Source of the DNA: a candidate division FCPU426 bacterium
GTDB lineage: Bacteria; Oederibacteriota; Muellerivitia; Muellerivitales; Muellerivitaceae
Direction: 5' to 3'
Length of the DNA: 64,000 nt
Assembly (NCBI GenBank): GCA_963719085.1
Contig: CAVRAL010000001.1
Span: 1,377,999-1,441,998 of the forward strand
Position 1 is the stretch's first letter, and every line of letters starts with the position of its first letter. The position numbers and the translations under genes were made by a program. Below are positions 44,121-52,987 of the stretch, in pieces. The notes under the pieces were generated by a model, which was not told where the DNA came from, made no database searches, and saw only the letters and a list, made by a program, of their open reading frames with translations.

Positions 44121-45106
44121 GGTTTTTTGCCGGCCTTTGGTTTGGCGGGCGTCCAATCGAGCTTGTCCCACCGGGGAATGGCAAATCCCAAATGGCGGAC
44201 ACAATCCGTAAAGTCTTTCGGCGGCGGCGCTAAGAAGGAAAGCGCCTCTTTCGTCTGGGGATGCTTAAAGCTCAAGCGAAAAGCGTGCAGCATTTGCCGG
44301 GACGCGATTTCGGAAGGATTGCCATAAACCGGATCGCCCAGGATCGAATGCTTGATGTATTGAAGATGGACCCGGATTTGATGGGTCCGGCCCGTTTCCA
44401 ATTTAAAGATTAAAAAGCTGGCCTCGTCCGAGGCCTGAAGGGTCTCAAAGTGGGTGACCGCGGGTTTCCCGTCATCCGGCCGGACACTCATTTTATTGCG
44501 CGCGCCCGGATGCCGCCCAATGGGAGCGTCCACCTTTCCCTTCTCATCCAAGCGGCCCTTCACGAGCCCTAAATAGATCCGGTTGAGATAGCGGCTTTTT
44601 AATTCCCGCACCAAACTTTTAAAAGCCAGGTCCGATTTCGCCACCACCAAAAGTCCCGAGGTATCCTTATCCAGCCGGTGCACCAATCCCGGCCGATTGA
44701 CTCCCCCCACTCCCTGAATTTGGGGGCAGTGGGCGATGAGCGCGTTGATCAGCGTATGGTCCGGGTTCCCCGCTCCCGGATGCACTACCAGCCCCGCGGG
44801 TTTGTTGAGGACCAACAGATCCTCGTCCTCAAAAAGAATATCCAGATCCAAAGGCTGGGCGGCCAGATGGGTCTGCTCGGGCGGCGGAATTAAAATCCGG
44901 AAGGACTGGCCCACCTTCAAGACCATATTGGGTTTTAACGCCTTGAACTCAAATTGGGCGACGACATTCCCGTCCTCAATCAATTTGCGCACCCGGGTCC
45001 GGGAAAAATCTTTTAATTCGGAAACCAAAAAAACATCAAGCCGTTGGCCGCCCCAAGGGGCGGCCACGGTCAGCAGAATCTCGGGGGTTGTGGAAGATGG
45101 GTTCAT
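44117..45106 (-). CDS. rluD: RluA-family pseudouridine synthase (RluD-like)
   Basis: S4 domain RLDVFL; NKPAGLVVHPG, VHRLDKDTSG, LETGRTHQIRVH, GDPVYG, QMLHA. Confidence 0.93.
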   Translation of the reverse strand: MNPSSTTPEILLTVAAPWGGQRLDVFLVSELKDFSRTRVRKLIEDGNVVAQFEFKALKPNMVLKVGQSFRILIPPPEQTHLAAQPLDLDILFEDEDLLVLNKPAGLVVHPGAGNPDHTLINALIAHCPQIQGVGGVNRPGLVHRLDKDTSGLLVVAKSDLAFKSLVRELKSRYLNRIYLGLVKGRLDEKGKVDAPIGRHPGARNKMSVRPDDGKPAVTHFETLQASDEASFLIFKLETGRTHQIRVHLQYIKHSILGDPVYGNPSEIASRQMLHAFRLSFKHPQTKEALSFLAPPPKDFTDCVRHLGFAIPRWDKLDWTPAKPKAGKKP

Positions 45107-45168
45107 AGGAATGGATTATAGAGGATTTTAAAAATCGCCGGATCGAAATCCCCGCCTCAAGGGGCCTT

Positions 45169-45987
45169 TCAAGGTTTCTTTTTCGGGCCCTGCCAAAGGA
45201 TCCAAAGGATGGCGGCGAAGGAAAGAAGCACCAAAAAAGCGCTCACCGCCTGGGAAGCGGACACGAAATAGTCAAGGTATCGTTTGTCCCAATCCCGGCG
45301 CCAATATTCGATGGCGAATCTTAAGAGTCCGTAACTCAGGCCATAAGCGCTCAAGGTCAACCAAGGGTATTTCAGGGTATAACGCCTCATCCACCAAAGG
45401 GCGGCGAAAAGAATCAAATCGCCATAAAGCTCCCAAAGTTGGGTGGGTAAATGAGGCTCTCCATCGCCAATGCCCGGGAAAACCAGCCCGTGCTTCGGGT
45501 CCACAATTCCATAGCAACAACCGTTCAGAAAACATCCCATCCGGCCGACCGCTTGCCCCAAGGAAATATAGGGCGCCAAAAGATCGGCGCAATAGGCCAA
45601 GGGCCACTTCTGCAGGGTAAACCAAATCACCCCGGCCAAGGCGCCGCCAAAAAGTCCCCCGTAATAAACCAACCCGCCCTGCCAAACATAAAAAACCTCT
45701 ATCCAATGGCCCTCGAATTCCGGGTAGTTTTCAACCGCGTAAAAAAGCCGGGCGCCCGCGATGGAAGCCAAAATCACCCAAGTGGCCAAATCAAAGGTCT
45801 TCTGAAACCCTTCTTGCCGGGTTAAATGAACCCGAGGCGCGATGTACTTTCCGGCATCCCGGGCAAAAAGCGTGATGCTCAAGCCCAAGGCCGTCGCCAG
45901 GCAAAAACCATAGGAATAAAGCTCCACCGGGCCGATCAAATGGCCGAATAAATGAAAGGAACCAAACGAAAAAAGAATGGGATGCAA
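45169..45987 (-). CDS. lgt: Prolipoprotein diacylglyceryl transferase
   Basis: SYG, GARLFY, WQGGLVYYGG, GRMGCFLNGCCYG, PTQLWE, RFAIE. Confidence 0.95.
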   Translation of the reverse strand: MHPILFSFGSFHLFGHLIGPVELYSYGFCLATALGLSITLFARDAGKYIAPRVHLTRQEGFQKTFDLATWVILASIAGARLFYAVENYPEFEGHWIEVFYVWQGGLVYYGGLFGGALAGVIWFTLQKWPLAYCADLLAPYISLGQAVGRMGCFLNGCCYGIVDPKHGLVFPGIGDGEPHLPTQLWELYGDLILFAALWWMRRYTLKYPWLTLSAYGLSYGLLRFAIEYWRRDWDKRYLDYFVSASQAVSAFLVLLSFAAILWILWQGPKKKP

Positions 45988-46007
45988 AAAAGCTCCTTCA
46001 AGACGGA

Positions 46008-46478
46008 TTAATTCGCGGACTTACTTTTTAAAAAATGATCCAGGATTAAAAATCCCAACCCGATGCAAATGCAGGAATCCGCCAGGTTAAAAACCGGCCA
46101 CCGGTATTGTCGGACCCCCGCATCGATAAAATCAATGACCCGTCCGTTCCAAAGCCGGTCCGCAAAGTTACCCAAGGCCCCGCCCCAAATCAGCCCCAAG
46201 GCCAGCCGAACCCCTGTCCGCTCCGGAGAAAGGAACCGTTGAAAAGCGTAAACCAATACCGAAGCGAGGATCGTCACTAAAATGAAAAAGGGAATCCTGA
46301 AAAAAAAAGGCGCGGAGGCCAGAAAACCGAAAGCCGCGCCCGGGTTTTGCACATAAGTGAGCTCAAGGTTATCCCTGAAAAGGGGAATGGATTGCCCCAG
46401 CCGCATCAGGTGCAGCACCAGGAACTTCGACAATTGGTCCAACAAAAACACGAGCCCGGCGGCTCGGCGCAGGGTCAT
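46008..46478 (-). CDS. lspA: Lipoprotein signal peptidase II, copy 2
   Basis: DQLSK, NPGAAFG, GALGNFADR, VIDFID, VFNLADS. Confidence 0.93.
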   Translation of the reverse strand: MTLRRAAGLVFLLDQLSKFLVLHLMRLGQSIPLFRDNLELTYVQNPGAAFGFLASAPFFFRIPFFILVTILASVLVYAFQRFLSPERTGVRLALGLIWGGALGNFADRLWNGRVIDFIDAGVRQYRWPVFNLADSCICIGLGFLILDHFLKSKSAN

Positions 46479-46954
46479 GAGGCCTTCGTCTCCCCGGATT
46501 GCAAAAAAACAAACTCATAAATGAGCAGCGCCAACCCAACCGTGATGCAGGAATCCGCCACGTTGAAAACATACCACCGATATTGATGGAAACCCACATC
46601 GATAAAATCAACAACTTTCCCATAGAAGAGCCGGTCGGTGAAATTGCCCATGGCGCCCCCCCAAATAAGCCCCAGCGCGATTCGGGCCAGATTTTTCTCC
46701 GCCGGGATATAGCGTTGATAAGTGTAAACGATGGCGCCGGCCGCTCCCGTGATGGTCACAAAAAAAGGAATACGCCAAAGCGGGTTCAGGTTGGATAAAA
46801 GGCCGAAGGCCGTGCCCGGGTTTTGCGTGTAAGTGAGGCAGACATAATCGGCCAGAAGCGGCACGGATTGGTTCAGCGGCAGGCTGTGTAAAATCAGGAA
46901 CTTCGTCACTTGATCCAGCGCCAAAACCAAAAGCGAGACCCCGATCAGGATCAT
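46475..46954 (-). CDS. lspA: Lipoprotein signal peptidase II, copy 1
   Basis: DQVTK, NPGTAFG, GAMGNFTDR, VVDFID, VFNVADS; ATG overlaps the ileS TGA. Confidence 0.93.
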   Translation of the reverse strand: MILIGVSLLVLALDQVTKFLILHSLPLNQSVPLLADYVCLTYTQNPGTAFGLLSNLNPLWRIPFFVTITGAAGAIVYTYQRYIPAEKNLARIALGLIWGGAMGNFTDRLFYGKVVDFIDVGFHQYRWYVFNVADSCITVGLALLIYEFVFLQSGETKAS

Positions 46955-49794
46955 GGGGGCGAACCCGCGCCCGCAAGCTGGCGGACCAGGGGCCCGCAGC
47001 GATGACAGATCTCCGGATTTTGACCATCCATTTCGGAAGGGCCATAATAGTTCCAACAGCGGGCGCATTTTTGTCCGTCGGATTTCCGGGCCAAGGTCCT
47101 CAATTGAAGCCGCGCGTCCTCGGCTTCCACCGCGCCTTCGGGGGCGGCGCCTTCTTTGATCGTGACCTTGGAAACCAAAAAGTAATAACGAAGGTTTTCC
47201 AAATGCTTTTGAAGATGGGACTTCACTTTGTCGTTGCCGACATAAAGATCCACTTCCCCTTCCAAGGAACTGCCGATCGCCTTCGCTTGGCGCAGGCCTT
47301 CCAATGATTTCAAGACGGCTTTTTTCGAGGTAAAAATATCTTCCCACTCCTGGGCCAAGGCGTTTTCCAAAAGCGGCGCGCCCTTCAACCAAGCGGCGTT
47401 GAAAACACTTTTTTCCTGGGGCTTTTTAAAATTCCCGGGCAAAGATTGCCAAATTTCCTCGCTGGTAAAAGAAAGGATCGGCGCCACCGCCACCACAAAA
47501 CTTTTCAAAATGTCGTAAAGTACGGTTTGGGCCGCGCGGCGTCCGAGAGACCCGGCCGCGAAGGTGTAAAGCCGGTCTTTCAAGATGTCAAAATAACCGG
47601 CGCTCAAGGAGACGGAGAAAAATTGATCCACTTGGTGGAATACCTTGGTGAATTGATATTGGTCATAGGCTTGTTCCAACCCGGCCAGGGTCAGTTGGGT
47701 TTCCATCCAAGCCCACTGATCCAAGGGGAGATAATCCTTTTCCGCGACCCGGTGAACTTGGGGGTCAAAGTCGGACAAATTACCCAGGATGAACCTGAAA
47801 GTATTGCGGATTCGGCGGTAAGCCTCGGACATACGGTTGAGCATTTCCTCGCTGATGCCGACGTCTTCCGTGTAATTCTCGGAAGATACCCAAAGCCTTA
47901 ATACATCGGCCCCGTATTTTTTCATCATCTCAAGCGGGTCAATGACATTGCCCGCGCTCTTATGCATGGCCTTGCCTTCGGCATCCAAAACCCATCCATG
48001 GGTCAAGACTCCGTTGAAAGGCGCTTTGCCCTTCAAGGCCACGCCGGTCCAAAGCGCGTGTTGGAACCAGCCCCGGTGTTGGTCGCTTCCCTCTAAATAA
48101 AGAACGAAACGTTCGGGATGGTCCCCGCCCGCCTTCAACTCATCCCGCTGGTCCAAAACGGCGAAATGCGAGCTTCCGGACTCAAACCAAACGTCCAGAA
48201 TGTCTTCTTCTTTAACAAACTCTTGGGAGGAGCAAGAACAGGTATGGCCGGACGGAAGCACATCGGCCGCCACATGATTGAACCAGCCGTCGATGCCTTC
48301 TTTTTCAACCAGCGCCACGACCGAGGCGATGACCTTCGGTTCCTCGACCACCTTGCCGCAAGTTTTACAGTAAATGGCCGTGATCGGAACGCCCCAAGAC
48401 CTTTGACGGGAAATGCACCAGTCAGCCCGGCCTTCCACCATATTGCGGATGCGGTCCCGGCCCCAGGAGGGAATCCACTGAACCTTCTCGATTTCAGCCA
48501 AACATTTTTTTCTTAGATCCAGGTGGTCCAACTCGATAAACCATTGGGCCGTGGCTCGGAAGATGATCGGGTTTTTCGACCGCCAACAATGGGGATAGCT
48601 GTGCCGGATGGTTTCCAAAGAAAGCAGGCGCCCCAACCCTTTCAGTTTTTCCACGATTTTAGGATTGGCTTCCCAAACCGTTTGCCCCTCAAATTCTTTG
48701 ACCCGGGCGTCGTAGCGGCCGGCCTCATCCACCGGCGAATAAACCGGCAGGTTATATTTTAACCCGATCTCATAGTCTTCCCGCCCATGTCCGGGCGCCG
48801 TATGCACCAATCCCGTGCCCGCGTCCGCCGTCACGTGGGTTCCCACCATCACCAGGGAATCCTGATCCAAAAAAGGATGCCGGGCCAAGGCCCTATCCAA
48901 TTTGGCCCCGGAAACTTCCTCGATCACCTGGTAGCTTCCCTCTTTCCAACCGCACATCCGGGCCACTGAGTCTAAAAGGGATTTGGCCACGATATAAAAG
49001 GAATCGCCGACCTTGACCGAGACGTACTCAAAGTCCGGGTGAACGGAGATGCCAAGGTTGGCCGGAAGGGTCCAGGGTGTGGTGGTCCAAATCAGGAAGG
49101 AGAGTTTTTCCCGGGGTGTCTTCGCAAAAACGCCTTCCGGAAGCTGTTGGACGGGAAACGCCACGGTGACGGCGAGGGATTCATGGTCGGCGTATTCAAC
49201 CTCCGCCTCCGCTAAAGCCGTTTGACAGACCGGGCACCAATGGATGGGCCGAAGCCGCCGGCTGACGTAACCTTGGGACAATAGTTGGGTAAAGGCCTTG
49301 ACCAGCGACAACTCATAAGAAGGATCCATGGTTTTATAGGGATTTTGGAAATCACCCAGAATTCCCAGACGCTTAAATTCTTCCTTTTGGCGTTCCAGGA
49401 ATTTTTCAGCGTAGAGGCGGCATTCTTTACGGATATGGATCTTGGCCATGGTCTTGGCCTTCTCGCCGAGCTTCTCCATCACCTTATGCTCGATCGGCAT
49501 CCCATGGCAGTCCCAACCCGGAACATAAGGCGCTTCGAAGCCTTTGAGCAAGCGGTACTTCACGATGATGTCTTTCAAGACTTTATTAAGCGCGTGCCCC
49601 ATGTGGATATCGCCGTTGGCGAAAGGCGGGCCGTCATGCAAAACATACTGGGGCGCGCCCGGCCGGGAAACGGCCCTGCCGTGAAAACCCCATTGTTCCC
49701 AAAGCTTGAGCCGCTCGGGCTCAGTCTGAGGCAGGTTGGCCTTCATAGGAAAAGAGGTTTGGGTGATGTTAAGGGTGGATTTGTATTCGGCCAT
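46951..49794 (-). CDS. ileS: Isoleucine--tRNA ligase (type 1)
   Basis: HDGPPFANG..HMGH, WTTTPWTLP, WCISRQR, LEGSDQHRGWF, C-terminal CARC..CHRC zinc finger. Confidence 0.98.
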   Translation of the reverse strand: MAEYKSTLNITQTSFPMKANLPQTEPERLKLWEQWGFHGRAVSRPGAPQYVLHDGPPFANGDIHMGHALNKVLKDIIVKYRLLKGFEAPYVPGWDCHGMPIEHKVMEKLGEKAKTMAKIHIRKECRLYAEKFLERQKEEFKRLGILGDFQNPYKTMDPSYELSLVKAFTQLLSQGYVSRRLRPIHWCPVCQTALAEAEVEYADHESLAVTVAFPVQQLPEGVFAKTPREKLSFLIWTTTPWTLPANLGISVHPDFEYVSVKVGDSFYIVAKSLLDSVARMCGWKEGSYQVIEEVSGAKLDRALARHPFLDQDSLVMVGTHVTADAGTGLVHTAPGHGREDYEIGLKYNLPVYSPVDEAGRYDARVKEFEGQTVWEANPKIVEKLKGLGRLLSLETIRHSYPHCWRSKNPIIFRATAQWFIELDHLDLRKKCLAEIEKVQWIPSWGRDRIRNMVEGRADWCISRQRSWGVPITAIYCKTCGKVVEEPKVIASVVALVEKEGIDGWFNHVAADVLPSGHTCSCSSQEFVKEEDILDVWFESGSSHFAVLDQRDELKAGGDHPERFVLYLEGSDQHRGWFQHALWTGVALKGKAPFNGVLTHGWVLDAEGKAMHKSAGNVIDPLEMMKKYGADVLRLWVSSENYTEDVGISEEMLNRMSEAYRRIRNTFRFILGNLSDFDPQVHRVAEKDYLPLDQWAWMETQLTLAGLEQAYDQYQFTKVFHQVDQFFSVSLSAGYFDILKDRLYTFAAGSLGRRAAQTVLYDILKSFVVAVAPILSFTSEEIWQSLPGNFKKPQEKSVFNAAWLKGAPLLENALAQEWEDIFTSKKAVLKSLEGLRQAKAIGSSLEGEVDLYVGNDKVKSHLQKHLENLRYYFLVSKVTIKEGAAPEGAVEAEDARLQLRTLARKSDGQKCARCWNYYGPSEMDGQNPEICHRCGPLVRQLAGAGSPP

Positions 49795-49877
49795 GATTGA
49801 CCCCGTTTTTAATTAGGAAGAAGAAACGAGAGTCTAAATCATCTTAAAAAGGGAGGCAAGCCATAAAAGGCTTGGAA

Positions 49878-51197
49878 TTAGGCGCCCGTTGGAAAATAGG
49901 AGGCCTCGCCGGAAACTCGAAGCACGCTGTTCTCGCCGCCCAACGAATCCTCTTCCCGGATCGGATTGGCTGGATCGGCGATCCATTCCACACCGTTGAG
50001 GACGAACTTATAGTGATAAGCCCCGGGATTCAGCGAGATGATGAATTGGTAAGACCCGTCCGCCTGACGCTGCATGTAGTCGGCTTCCTTGTCCCAATTG
50101 TTGAAACTGCCCACCAGCGCCACCTTGGAAACTTCCCGGGACGGCTTGTAGGAAACCGGAATCTTGATCAGAGGCTCGAACGCCACCACCTGGTTGCGGC
50201 CCCGGGACTTGGCTTGGTACAAGCTCTTGTCGGCTTTCTTGATCAGGTCATCCTCAGTGGCCGCGTCCACCGGAAAAGTCGCCACACCCGCGGAAACCGT
50301 GATGTGTTTCAGGGGCTGGGTTTCCATGCGGGGAAATATCCCTTGCTCAATTTTAAACCGGATCCGGTCCGCCAACTCATGGGCGCTGCGGCGGCTGGCT
50401 TCGGGCAGAATGATCACCATTTCTTCCCCGCCATAGCGGGCTACGATGTCCACTTCCCGCGCCTCTTCTTTGAGGATGGCGGCGATCCGTTTCAAGACCT
50501 CGTTTCCCGCCGGATGGCCATTGGTGTCGTTGTATTTTTTGAAGTGGTCGATATCAAAAATAATCAATGAGAGCAGGCGGTGGTATCGGTCCGCGCGGAT
50601 GCGTTCTTCCTTCAACCGATCCAGGAAATAGCCGAAGTTATAAAGCCCCGTCAACCGGTCCGTGATGGCCATCTGGCGGGTCCGTTCATAAAGAAGCGCG
50701 TACTCGATCGCCAGCACATCTTGATCCGAAAGATCCTCGTCTTTGGAGCGCATGGTATTCTCAAAAAAAACCAGTCCCAAGCGGTTCAACAACAGGGAAA
50801 CCTGATTCAGCCCTTCCAAAAACGGAGGATCGGTTTTGGACCCTTGAGGCGCCGAGCCCATCAAATCTTTTAAAATGTCCTTTAAAAAATCCCGGGCGAA
50901 AAAAAGAAACAAAACCATTTCGGCGTGGGTGAGCTGGTTCTCCGTCTGAAGGGCGCGCAGCTGCGAAATGATGGGTTTGAGCCCCAGGTCGACCGCCTGC
51001 TCGGCGCTTCCCGTGCTTTGAACCAGGGAAACCAGGTTGAGGATCAGCTTCTTCACTTCGTTGAAAACCCGGGATTCGGGCGTGAACTGGCTCAAACGCT
51101 GGACCAAATGGCCCATGGCGGCTTGCCAGCGTTCCTTGAGAAGACCATCGTTTTTCTCGATGAACTCGTTTAAAAAATGATCGTCGCGCTGTTCCAT
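49878..51197 (-). CDS. Diguanylate cyclase with N-terminal helical sensor-like domain and C-terminal glycogen-binding (CBM48/AMPK1_CBM-like) domain
   Basis: TDRLTGLYN, DIDHFKKYND..GH..G, REVD I-site, RYGGEEM; C-terminal V.LVGSFNNW..L.PG.Y.YKFV.NG.W..DP.NP; ATG after AAGGA. Confidence 0.9.
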   Translation of the reverse strand: MEQRDDHFLNEFIEKNDGLLKERWQAAMGHLVQRLSQFTPESRVFNEVKKLILNLVSLVQSTGSAEQAVDLGLKPIISQLRALQTENQLTHAEMVLFLFFARDFLKDILKDLMGSAPQGSKTDPPFLEGLNQVSLLLNRLGLVFFENTMRSKDEDLSDQDVLAIEYALLYERTRQMAITDRLTGLYNFGYFLDRLKEERIRADRYHRLLSLIIFDIDHFKKYNDTNGHPAGNEVLKRIAAILKEEAREVDIVARYGGEEMVIILPEASRRSAHELADRIRFKIEQGIFPRMETQPLKHITVSAGVATFPVDAATEDDLIKKADKSLYQAKSRGRNQVVAFEPLIKIPVSYKPSREVSKVALVGSFNNWDKEADYMQRQADGSYQFIISLNPGAYHYKFVLNGVEWIADPANPIREEDSLGGENSVLRVSGEASYFPTGA

Positions 51198-51225
51198 TGT
51201 AGGGTCCTTCGCATCATAAGCGTCA

Positions 51226-52782
51226 TTAAGATTGGAAACGGATCCGCCGATATAAATCAAGATAGGCTTGAGCCGAAGCGTCCCAGGAGAAATCCTGCTG
51301 CATTCCCCTTTGAACCAGGCCTTTCCATATTTTGGGCTGATGAAAGGTCTCCAATGCCCGCCGTACCGTCGCCAACAAGTCTTCCGTGACGTAGTTTTCA
51401 AAAACGAAGCCCGTCCCCTTTTTCCCGTCCAGGGACAGGTTTTCAATGGTGTCGGCCAAGCCCCCGGTTTTGCGCACGATCGGAACCGTCCCATATTTCA
51501 GGGCGATCAACTGGCCCAGGCCGCAAGGCTCGAACCGGGAAGGCATTAAAAATAAATCGCTCCCGGCGTAGATGAGTTTGGCCAGCCGGTGGTCAAACTT
51601 GAGATTGAGGGAAAACCGGTCGGGAAATTGGTCGCGCAATTCCTGGAACAAGGCGTGATAACGCGCGTCGCCCAGTCCCTGGATGACGAATTGGACGTTT
51701 TCAGCCAGCATCTCATTGAGGATCCCCGCGATCAGGTCCAGGCCTTTTTGATCGGCTAAACGGGACACCAAACCAATGACCGGGGTATCCTCGTTGAGCT
51801 TTAATCCCGTTTCCTTCAGCAGTTGACGCTTGGCGTCCTGCTTATGCTCGATATTTTTAGGCGTGTATTGGGAGGGGATTTCTTTATCCGTGCCCGGGTT
51901 CCATTCCCCATAATCGATCCCGTTCAAAATTCCGTGCAGGTCCTTCGCGCGGGACTGCAAAACCCCTTGCAGGCCATAGCCAAAATCATCCGTCTGGATT
52001 TCCTTGGCGTAAGTGGGTGAAACCGTGTTCAAGGCCGTGGAATAAACCAAACCCGCCTTGAGATAGTTCACTTGGTCGTAAAATTCCATTTTTTCCGGGC
52101 TAAACTCGTCCCAGCTTAAACCCGTCATCGGCAGCATATATTTGGGGAAAGTTCCCTGATAGGCCATGTTGTGGATCGTGAAAAGGGTCTTCATATGGTC
52201 AAAATGGGGTTGGGAGCGGTAAAGCTTTTCCAGATAAGGCGCCACTAGCCCGGTTTGCCAATCATTGAGGTGCAGGACATCCGGATACCAGTTGAGGACT
52301 TTGAGCATCTCCAGAACGGCCCGGGAAAAAAAAGCGAAGCGTTCGGCGTTGTCGGGATAATCGCCTTCCGGGGTTCCATAGAAGCCATCGCGGTCAAAAT
52401 ACCGGGCCGCCTCCACTAAATAAACCATCCCGTGGCTGTTGCCAAGCCTGGTGGAAAGGATATTGGCGTCCACTTCCCCCATGCCCATGGGGACTTGAAG
52501 GCCTTTCACTTCCAGGCGCAATTTGTATTTCTCGGACGAAATCACCTTATATTTCGGAAGGACAACCGCTACTTCGCATCCCAGTTTCATCAAAGCGCCG
52601 GGCAAAGATCCCACCACATCGGCCAAGCCCCCGGTCTTGGCGAAGGGAGTGACTTCCGAGGCCACGAATAATATTTTCAATTTAGGAAACTCGCCGAAAG
52701 CCTTGGGCTTCGCCGCGGCAATGGGTTTGGGTTTTAGGGTTTTCTCGCGGGGCATCAAAAATCCGTCGGTTAAATTTGCCAT
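51226..52782 (-). CDS. glgA: Glycogen synthase
   Basis: ASEVTPFAKTGGLADV, DNAERF, HLNDWQTG, TIHN.AYQG, SRLADQKG, MPSRFEPCGLGQL. Confidence 0.97.
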   Translation of the reverse strand: MANLTDGFLMPREKTLKPKPIAAAKPKAFGEFPKLKILFVASEVTPFAKTGGLADVVGSLPGALMKLGCEVAVVLPKYKVISSEKYKLRLEVKGLQVPMGMGEVDANILSTRLGNSHGMVYLVEAARYFDRDGFYGTPEGDYPDNAERFAFFSRAVLEMLKVLNWYPDVLHLNDWQTGLVAPYLEKLYRSQPHFDHMKTLFTIHNMAYQGTFPKYMLPMTGLSWDEFSPEKMEFYDQVNYLKAGLVYSTALNTVSPTYAKEIQTDDFGYGLQGVLQSRAKDLHGILNGIDYGEWNPGTDKEIPSQYTPKNIEHKQDAKRQLLKETGLKLNEDTPVIGLVSRLADQKGLDLIAGILNEMLAENVQFVIQGLGDARYHALFQELRDQFPDRFSLNLKFDHRLAKLIYAGSDLFLMPSRFEPCGLGQLIALKYGTVPIVRKTGGLADTIENLSLDGKKGTGFVFENYVTEDLLATVRRALETFHQPKIWKGLVQRGMQQDFSWDASAQAYLDLYRRIRFQS

Positions 52783-52834
52783 TCTCTTAAGGACTTAAAA
52801 ACCGGGCAGTTCGGCGTCTTTGGGAAACGTCGGC

Positions 52835-52862
52835 ATTATAGATTTAGGCCCAGGCATGTCAA
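52835..52862 (-). promoter_or_regulatory. sigma70 promoter upstream of glgA
   Basis: Consensus hexamers TTGACA-N16-TATAAT on the minus strand, 52 nt upstream of the first ATG. Confidence 0.8.
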
Positions 52863-52987
52863 GGCGGGGGGATGGGCGCCCCAAAACCGCTCAAACCGTT
52901 TTGAGCCGTTAGGGATAGGGCGAAAAAGTCGATTTATAAGACTTTCCCTGACCGTCAATCCGAGCTAAAAAATTTAAGCCGGGATGA

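Noticed and set aside
46955..47392. N-terminal extension of the 305-aa ORF (LspA fusion)
   Set aside because: Overlaps ileS in another frame; the real start is the ATG at 46954 coupled to the ileS stop
49795..49877. T-box leader for ileS (also considered for tyrS and glyQ)
   Set aside because: Intergenic gaps are too short and lack the T-box motif
51198..51494. Extended N-terminus of the DGC overlapping glgA, or a GlgA-DGC fusion
   Set aside because: glgA ends with a normal C-terminus and stop, and the DGC has its own RBS and ATG at 51197
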